64,000 nt of DNA from positions 154,008,001 through 154,072,000 of the forward strand of contig OZ024740.1 of the NCBI GenBank assembly GCA_964016885.1. The letters are read 5' to 3'. The translations under genes and the position numbers were made by a program. The stretch comes from Eledone cirrhosa. Its lineage: Eukaryota. This document shows, one piece after another, positions 54,470 through 64,000 of the stretch. Position 1 is the stretch's first letter, and each line of letters opens with the position of its first letter. Below the pieces are notes generated by a model, which saw only the letters and a list, made by a program, of their open reading frames with translations, was not told the origin of the DNA and searched no databases.

Positions 54470-55335
54470 AATCAAAGAATATTTCAAAGCTCAAATGTGA
54501 TTTTGTAGTCCACAATTTCATCCAATCGGTAAATTTCCAATCACAGTAATTTTCCAATGTCATAGAGAATATATATAAATGAATAAAATAACAAAGAATA
54601 AATTATATTAAATCATTTAATTGATTAACGAACGTTTCGATTAACATAACAGGAATATTCATTCCTACTATATTAATCCCATCAGAATCTATTAAATACA
54701 TTAATATTTACCAACACAAGTCCATTAGACGATCACAAGTCCGAAAATGTACACAGATTCAAAATACAGTTGGAAAAAACGTTAAAATTTTATGGAAAAC
54801 TAAATACGCAATTAAAACGTTATTGGTAATAAAGATACAACGTGCAACAACTAAAAATGTTATGCTAAACGTTTTTGGCTCTAGTAATAATAGGTATAAA
54901 ACTGAGATTATATCTGGGCTACTGGATCTGTAAATTCCTCATCAATGGTTTGTAGATATCCTCTTGTATCTTCCTTAATTTATTAACCTTGAGTGGCCAA
55001 CTGACTTCTACAACAGGGCATATTTTTAATGAACAGTATCAAACAGGGTTTTACCCCACTTCGAAGCGAGTTTTTTACATTTTGCTCCTGCAATATTCTT
55101 TTGAGCCATCATATCAGATTCAGTGTAGTTTGTCACATCGATGGTCACCGTTTTTTCTCTCAAGTAACCATTTACAAGGCTTTATTGAACTGGTCTGCTT
55201 TTTTTTATTTTGATCGAGCATTGAGTAGATTTCAATGTTATTGGGAGAGTTATTTACGCCAGCTTTTATTTCCTATCTGTCCTCAACAGAGGGTTTGGTA
55301 GTATTTCTAATGTACCGATCAATTGCCGAACACTA
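54470..55335 (-). mobile_element. Highly decayed R4-clade REL C-terminus, interrupted by an insertion at ~54570-54876
   Basis: The minus strand reads VVEVSWPL and EDIYKPLMRNLQIQ..SFIPII, matching VVEISCPA and ENIYAELMRNLQIL..FMPVII of the element at 23904-27107. Confidence 0.6.
54617..54695 (-). ncRNA. Type-I hammerhead ribozyme with an 18-bp stem II (variant core)
   Basis: ttaatagatt-CTGATGG-gattaatatagtaggaat(gaat)attcctgttatgttaatc-GAAAC(gttc)GTT-aatcaattaa. All three stems pair, and core position A9 reads G. Confidence 0.75.
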
Positions 55336-55626
55336 ACACACACACACACACACGCACACACACACACATATGTATATGTATATGTCCAGAAATAGCTGTC
55401 GAAACGGCTTGAGCTCTGCCGTCGGGGTCTTGAACACATTTCCCCATATATATATATGTATGTAAAACGAAGGAAGTGTGGTAAGGAACCAGATGGACCA
55501 TAACGCACCAGAGTACTCAATACTTAGGGTAGTAGAGTCGGTAATAGAAAAAAGTTTAACCCCGACGACAGAGCTCAAGCCGTTTCGACGGCTGAAACCA
55601 GTCATGTTCATACTTACATACATACT

Positions 55627-55708
<82 letters not shown>

Positions 55709-56183
55709 AGTATGTATGTAAGTATGTACATAACTGGTTTAGCGACTACGAAAGCGAAAATAAACACCTTCCGGCTCGGAAACTGCCGGTGTCATTGTTT
55801 ATATCGCGTATATATACGACGAAGAATGGCCCTTCAATTTACGTGTGACGAAAAATTCTGTAGCTTTGAGTTGTTGATGGGACTGTGTGTGTTGGTAATG
55901 ATTACTTTGCAAGAATCAACGATAGCGGGAACAGCAACGAAACAAGACAAACCAAATAACAAACAGAACATTTAAAAAAATCTTACTGACAACATTAATA
56001 ACAAGAACAAGAGTTGTTCTGACTTTAGGGTGAGAGAAAATTAACGATGTTCAACTGAGCAGGAAATGAAGAAATATACATGTATGTATGTATGTATGCA
56101 TATATGTATGTATGTATGTTTGTATGTATGTATGTGTGCAGGTACGTATTATGATTAAATGAATGCTACATACACACTCACGT

Positions 56184-56215
<32 letters not shown>

Positions 56216-56272
56216 CACATATGTATATATATATATATATAAATGTGTGTATTATATCAATGTATAATATAG

Positions 56273-56344
<72 letters not shown>

Positions 56345-56563
56345 TATATTATATATAGACATATACACACACATATATATGTGTGCACTTACAAATATAT
56401 AAATATACATATATATACAAAAAAAAGAAAATTATGAAGAGAGATGGTAGCAAATTAAATAAATATGTGTATGTATTGATGTATATGTGCGAGACAGTGT
56501 ATATACATATATACATATATTATATATATATATACATATATATATGCATACACACACACACAC

Positions 56564-56608
<45 letters not shown>

Positions 56609-56614
56609 CGTGCG

Positions 56615-56698
<84 letters not shown>

Positions 56699-57434
56699 TG
56701 TGTGCGTGCGTGTCCGTGTGTGTGTATATAGCGGGAGTGTTTGAAAAATATAAAAGTGTGATGCTACATATATCTATTTATTCGTACGCAATTGTTCCTA
56801 CACATATGTTCCTACACGTATGTGTGTTATTTTTTTTCCTCTATGAGGTGTACAATCACCAAAAAGTCAACAAACACAGATACATAAACGTGCGCGCGCA
56901 CATACCTCTCACACATAGAAACACATTCATAGAATCGCAAAGACTCATAGATACTTGCATATACTATACCTACACAAATAAACTTACACATACAAAGATA
57001 TACATATTTACATGCAGAAACAGATGCATACATACACAAGCACATACCAAACAACAATGAAAACCATCCAACAAACCATCCGACCTACAAATAAATCAGA
57101 ATAGATCCCCTCCCATCCCCGTTAAACTATGCGAAACATGTTTCTGTGACAAACCAAGCCAAAGGGCAAGTAGTATTTTTTCCTCATTCTAATTATAAAA
57201 TCGGGCCACCTTGACAGTAAATATCACTTCGTTGAAAACTAGTTGTTCTCCCATATTATTATTATTATTATCAATATTATTATTTTTGTGTGTGAACATG
57301 TATATCCGCATGCTTGATTGAATCATGCAAGTTTGTGTGTATATTTTCATGTGTGTATATATATATATAAATGCGTTTTTTTCCTTTTTTTTCTTTCTTT
57401 TTCCCTTCTGTTATATTTTTTCTTCCTCTCCGTT

Positions 57435-58100
57435 TTTTTCCAAAATAACTTCCAATAGTTATTGACGCACTGGAGCTAGACATATTGTCTTTAATGTGTA
57501 GCAATGTCCGTGATCTCCAGCAGACAACTGATGATGGGAATGTCCCCCTTTTGTGCTTTCCTCTTATTTCTAAATACCCTTTATTAAGTAACCACACAGC
57601 TCCCTCTTTCTTCTAAAATGTTTATTAATTTGTCGCTGTGACCTGTTCTCTCTTTCTCCCAATCTACTTTGTTGCTATTAACTCTTTCCCTTTCTTTCTT
57701 TCTCTCACTTTCCCCCTCTCTCTCCTCCCTCTCTTTCCCTCTCACTTTTACTCTCCTTCAATCTGCTAGCTACCCTGCTGCTTCCACTTTTCTCTCGCCT
57801 CTGCCTCTTTTTCGCCTACTGTTGCAGAGGTCAGACTTATTTTCTTCGCTCCCTCTAATCCACCGTCAACACAGCCTCACTCTTAAGTCCAGTAGCTAGT
57901 TTTCACTTCGCTCCCTCTCTCTCTCCGGTTCCTCATATACATACATGTTCTTTTTGTGTTTCCCTTTTCGGTATGTTCTCTGCGTTTTTCTTCTTTTTCC
58001 TTCTGCTGTATTTTTCCCTTCTTCCCCCCCCCCCTCAATAACTTCCTATAGTTATTGACACACTGGTGCTAGACATATTGTCTTTAATACATAGAAATGT
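57435..58100. repeat. Dispersed direct repeat (~70-130 bp)
   Basis: CTTCC(A/T)ATAGTTATTGAC(G/A)CACTGG(A/T)GCTAGACATATTGTCTTTAAT at ~57450 and ~58043. Confidence 0.75.
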
Positions 58101-59019
58101 CACAACGTCACAACGAGGTTTCGAGAGCACCATTAGGAAGTACTACACCTCAGTAGCTGCTTGGCCATTGACGCACGAGGTGCTTAGTAATCGACATGTC
58201 TTCAGGCCACAAAGCCAAAGAAATGGTGGAATTGTTTAAATACCTCGAAACAATGGTCTAAGATCTTGCAAATGCATATGAAGAAATATATTAGGAACTT
58301 CTCGCCCTTGTTTCGTTTTGGTCATGTCAGTGGGTGTAACCGTACTTACCATGCTTGGAAAATTGTTCGGTTGGTGAGGCTATTTAACCCATAGTTGGGG
58401 GTATGGTCACCCTTTTTACAGCTCTTGTTTTTTGCGCTGCTCAGGTTATAGCTACTGTCGCTCAAAGAGTGGGATTGGCTCAGTGCACAGTCTTTCCTCA
58501 CTTTAAAAAAAATCTTCACGCACAGGCATTGCACGATAGAATTAATTAATAATTACTAATAATGGTGCAATGACCATACTCGATAACGAGGAGGAAGCCA
58601 TCATCATGATGTATGTATGTATATATATGTATAAAATTAGAAACATTCGCCATAATTTTCACTATATAAAATAGTCTAATAATAACGGGACGTATAAGCC
58701 CACTGAACGGGAAAAGATGGGCATCAGCACACATAGAGGTCGAACACAGACCTCTTTACCTATTGTTATTAACTTACACCTTATAAAAATGACGGAAGGA
58801 GATGAATAGGTTCACTGGCGTAAATATTACCGCATTTTTCCGGCAAACAAGAGGCTTGTGTTTTAGCGGATGCCTCAACATGTCCGGGGTCTCATGGCTA
58901 AAACCAGTTAAAGAATTTTTTTCTCACTAAGAATTTATATATTTTGTATTTCTGTTGCTTTCCTGTGGGCCATGTCACATAACTGTGTAGAGCAGTACTT
59001 TTATACTTCTTGTATATAG

Positions 59020-59540
59020 GTGCACGGTAAATATAACACAGGTAATAATGGCACAGGTAATTACGAAAAAATAGGAAATAATGGCACAACAAAGTTTCTT
59101 TAAGACAGTCAATCTACTTTCGTCAAATCTGACCGAGGAAACAATGTTTCCGTTGGTCTTTCCAATTGTTAGTCCTCTCTATCGGTCACAACTCCAGATA
59201 GAAGGAGTAACGTGAAATAAAGTGTCTTACTCAAGGACATAACGCATCACCCGGTCCAGGAATCGAATTCAGAACCTCCCAACTGAGAATTCAATTCTCT
59301 TACCACTCAGCCACACGCCTTTCTTTAAAAGTGTTCTTAATTTCCAGTACTTTAGTTACTTTCCATAGAAGTAAATTGCAGATATTTGTAATGAATAATA
59401 TATTCATTTGATATTTAATTTTAATGAATATTTTTTAGTTGTGCCATTATTTCATATTTTCCACTTGTTCCATATTTACTTTTGTCGTTTTTACCTGTAC
59501 CATTTTCATCTGTCATTTCACCTGTTCTATTATTACATAA
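59020..59540. mobile_element. MITE-like element with repetitive inverted ends and a SINE inserted inside
   Basis: Repeats of GGTAATAATGGCACA and GAAATAATGGCACAAC on the left mirror GTTGTGCCATTATTTC and TTACCTGTACCATT on the right. Confidence 0.55.
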
Positions 59541-61363
59541 ATTCACAATAATCACCGAGAATTGTTTGCAATCATCTTTTTATCTTTTAAAGGAATTTTT
59601 CATCTACTTAATCTACTTTATGCACGTTTTCCAGTACCACTTCCGTAATCATAGACCGTAAAGAATAGCTGCATGGTTGAAAAGTTCGTTTCACAGCAAC
59701 GTAGTTCTAGGATTGATCACACTGTCCGGCAGTTTACAGGGGTGTTTCTATCAATAACATTGGATTGGTTATAAGAGAAATTTGGTAGGTGGAAATAGCG
59801 AAGTTTGTCATGGATAGACAAGCAGAGTATCAAAGCCTCACAACCTCACAGCCTTATCCAATTATGAAAGGCAATGAAGGAACAATATGTCAACAATGTT
59901 AATAATAAATACTCAATCCTCAAACATAGCATGCCATACGTAAATATCTCAAAGCAACATCAACTGAGATGTATTACTGAGATGAATTGCATATTAGTAA
60001 CTACATATTTGAAACAGAAATAAGGATATAGTCTCAAAGTGACGTCATGAGAAGAGAAGAAGTTTCATCTGTCATCCGATCTCAGAGAAATAGAACCAAA
60101 CTGAGCAATAGATCGACAAGTTTGCAACACGCCGTCTTCTGTTGTTGGGCACCGACAGGAAAACCGTTGATTTTGGAAATGTTTCTCTGGTGATGTAAAC
60201 AAAAAAAACAAACCGGAAATTTGCTGCACATCACCCCATGCCGCCGAATGCTAGCGTAAAAAATTGTTAACATAAGAAAGATTTTTTGTACATTGTTCAT
60301 AAACTCTGTGAAGAATGCTGATCATCCCATCATGTAGCTTGAAATAATGGAATGGTTGTCAGCTTTAATTATGATATAATATATAATGTATATTCTACTT
60401 AACGAACTGAGTACACTTTACTTTGCGGGTAATATTACTTTCTTCGTAGAACTACTTATAACATAATGCAATATAACAGTATATGTGTATTTGTTTGTAT
60501 GTATGTGTCATTGTGTGTGTGTGTGTGTGCGTTGTGTTCGTAAGTTTGTGTACGTGTGTTTATGCGTTTATGAGTGTGCGCGTGTGTGTGTGTGCGTTTA
60601 GGTATGCGTGTGTTTGTGCGATTTTGTCTGCGCGCATGTGTGTGTGCGTTTATGTGTGCGTGTGTTTGTGCGTTTATGTGAGCGTATGTTTGTGCGTTTA
60701 TGTGTGCGCGTGTGTATGTGCATTTATGTGTGTGTGTGTGCGTGTCTTTGTGAGATTATGTGTGCGTGTCTATGTGCGTTTATGTGTGCGTGTGTGAATG
60801 TGCGTTTTGTGTGCGTGCGTGTGTGCGTTTATGTTACGTGTGTGTGGGCGTTTATGTGTCCATGTATGGTGGATTAGAGTGGTGTACTTCATAGTTATTG
60901 TTACGTTTTCTATCCTATCCAAACGGAGACAAATCAAATTATATCCTAGACGTCTCTATAAGAAAGAAAGAAACAAAGAAAGAAGTGAAACATTACGTAA
61001 GCAAATGAAAGAGGATAGAAAAATAGAGAGAAAATTGTATAAATGAAATACAGGAGGAATTAAAGAAGAAAACAACAGAGTCCTTGAAACCTGTGAAACT
61101 TAGAAGAACTACTTCGTGATAAATTCAACACAAGTGGACCTATCGATTCTCTTGCGTATGTGTGTGTGTATATATATATGTGTATATATGTATGTGTGTG
61201 TGTGTGTGAGTTTATGCATATGTATATATGTTTATATATGTATATATATGTATATATATATGTGTGTGTGTGTGTGTATTTATATATATGTATATATGTA
61301 TATATATGTATATATATATATATATACATATATAGATATATATATATATATATACATATATAG

Positions 61364-61394
<31 letters not shown>

Positions 61395-61458
61395 TAGATA
61401 TATATATATATTATAAAGAAAACGAAAAATCAGTGATGCAACTGGACTTAGTTTATTT

Positions 61459-61549
61459 CGTGTTACAAATGTTTCGCCGGCATGTAGCTCGAGCCATGGT
61501 CCTTGTATGGATCTGGCTGATTCTACTTATGCAGGTTCTTTCAGACACG
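61459..61549 (-). ncRNA. Degenerate type-I hammerhead with an extended stem II
   Basis: cgtgt-CTGAAAGA-acctgcat..gtag..agcca..tggct..ctac-atgccggc-GAAAC(attt)GTA-acacg, in a ~200-bp piece between (TA)n tracts. Confidence 0.6.
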
Positions 61550-61626
61550 GGTGTTACGTCCGGATGAATATCGAGTGCTAATTTTGGCACACCGCCTATG
61601 GAAGCACCATAGCTACCACTATACAC

Positions 61627-61979
<353 letters not shown>

Positions 61980-62118
61980 CGTCCAGAATTAGCCGTCGAA
62001 ACGGCTTGAGCTCAGCCGTCGGGATCCTACTCGTTCCTATTACCCACTCTACTACCCTAAGTATTGAGTACTTTGGTGCGTTATGGTCCACCTGGTTCCT
62101 TACCACAATTCCTGCGTT
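61980..62118 (+). mobile_element. Short (TA)-associated repeat carrying the 3' half of a hammerhead
   Basis: Copies at 50859-50916 (-), 55384-55430 (+) and 55470-55600 (-). GAAAC-ggct(tgagctc)agcc-GTC-ggg. Confidence 0.6.
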
Positions 62119-62126
62119 ATATATAT

Positions 62127-62157
<31 letters not shown>

Positions 62158-62161
62158 GTAC

Positions 62162-62278
<117 letters not shown>

Positions 62279-62810
62279 AGACGTAAAATAAGAAAATTTT
62301 AAAAAAAATTTTAAAAATTTAACTTACTAAAATTTTCACTCCAACTAATTAGTTTCTGCAATGGGATAAAGACAGTTACGTAATGACCTGTTGAGAATTT
62401 CATTGCGTCATCATGGAGGTCTATTCTCAGCCAGTCTCCAGGCAATGCGCGGACACTGGAGACTCAAATAAAAATAATAATAATTCGGTAAATGGAACAG
62501 CTATCGGGGACTGGATTCCAAGTACTGAAAATCTCGCTGCCACTGGTCAAATGGCCGATTCTAAACAATCAATCACGTGACAGTGAGGCTAGTCGGTAGG
62601 AGTGGGATGGTAAGATGACAGACGCCTACTAACACACCAAAAATTTAGTAGTGGTTTTGGCAGGTTTGCTCGACAAATCATTGATTTGGAGATAAATATA
62701 GATAATTTAATATATCTACTAACATAAGCGCACAGATGTACGCTTATGCCAGCAAATACACAGGTTATGTCATAGTACCTAGGTGGTTCAATACACACAT
62801 ACACGTACAC

Positions 62811-62851
<41 letters not shown>

Positions 62852-62877
62852 CACACATATATATATATATATATGTG

Positions 62878-63645
62878 TATAATCAAGGTTTAGCAAATAA
62901 GAAAAAGTTTCAAAATAAATTTTTTTCAATTAACTTTACTTACTATGGTTACCTTTACCGAATCGGTTTCGAGTTTCAAAAATAAACGGACAGTCCACAC
63001 GGCATCCGTTGCAAAGATAAACTCTCGTCAGAAGAATCTTTTCACTCGGAGAATATAAAATTCCCGAGTTAAAATTACGAACTGGCGCTATTCAAAATTG
63101 TTCCCGAGATGAGAATAAATGAAGTGGAAGCAATTCTTTCAAGTGCCGTGTGTAAAGATAGAGGCAGAGGCAGGGAGGTCAGTCTGCTCCCGCTATAACT
63201 AGCAGCAGTCAGAACGACCACATTTTTTCTCAACCAAGAGGAGATTAATAATAATAGAGTATATGTTCCCACACGCACAAGGCGCTTAGGGACACATGTA
63301 TTGTCCAACCATATGCCAATGTGGCTCAATGGCAGGTTAATAAATTAACGAGCCAGAACATATATAATCAAGGTTTAGCAAATAAGAAAAAGTTTCAAAA
63401 TAAATTTTTTAAAATTAACTTTTCTTACTATGGTTACCTTTACCGAATCGGTTTCGAGTCTCAAAAATAAACGGACAGTCCATACGGCATCCGTTACAAA
63501 GATAAACTCTCGTCAGAAGGATCTTTTCACTCGGAGAATATAAAATTCCCGAGTTAAAATTACGAACTGGCGCTATTCAAAATTGTTCCCGAGATGAGAA
63601 TAAATGAAGTGGAAGCAATTCTTTCAAGTGCCGTGTGTAAAGATA
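62878..63645 (+). repeat. ~280-bp near-perfect direct repeat (62878-63159 and 63363-63645)
   Basis: TATAATCAAGGTTTAGC...GCCGTGTGTAAAGATA is present twice with a ~200-bp spacer. Confidence 0.9.
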
Positions 63646-64000
63646 TATATGTATATATATATACGCACACATATATAAAAATACTTACACACAGACGCAC
63701 ACACTTGCGTTGGTTCGAGAGAGAAGGTATGTGTTGGCGATGTTAATGACGTTAATGGATGTTGAGGTATGGAGTTGTGCCTTGTGGTGGCGATGGTGGA
63801 GTTGTGAGCGACAAAAATATACAGGATCGAATAATACGATGTGTTACAGGTTAAAAGGTGACATAGGGAACACGGGGGAAAAGGTTTGAGGGGGTATAGC
63901 GATGTGTGTTGTGGTCATGGTGGTGATGAGTTGATATGTTCAATAATATCATTACATGATCAGATGTTACGGTGGTTTATAGGGTAAAGCATACGGAGAG

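Noticed and set aside
56383-57060. [12 protein letters not shown] ORFs here and throughout the window
   Set aside because: Translations of dinucleotide microsatellites.
58110-58540. Possible DNA-transposase relic
   Set aside because: Many stops and no secure catalytic motif.

Overview
AT-rich, microsatellite-dense eukaryotic DNA with no recognisable host gene. The SINE types and repeat landscape suggest a mollusc, probably an octopus (inference). Positions 5.7-44 kb are a dense cluster of decayed non-LTR retrotransposons, almost every one abutting a microsatellite: R4/Dong-clade RT+REL elements in (TAA)n and (CATA)n, and two families of Tx1-like (L1 group) APE+RT elements, one in (ATT)n and one in (ATCT)n. 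Elsewhere are tRNA-derived SINE arrays, RTE and CRE fragments, Penelope-like pieces carrying several different hammerhead ribozyme motifs, and (TA)n-centred palindromes. Main observations: (i) in all four Tx1-like copies that keep the ORF1/ORF2 junction, a consensus splice donor (G|GTRAGT) sits at the ORF1 stop and is followed by a pyrimidine tract, and in the best-preserved copy splicing would fuse ORF1 in frame to ORF2; (ii) a conserved ~90-aa domain of unknown function lies just before that donor; (iii) the families appear to partition microsatellite targets; (iv) two copies have near-identical ORF2 but very different ORF1. All coordinates were read by eye.
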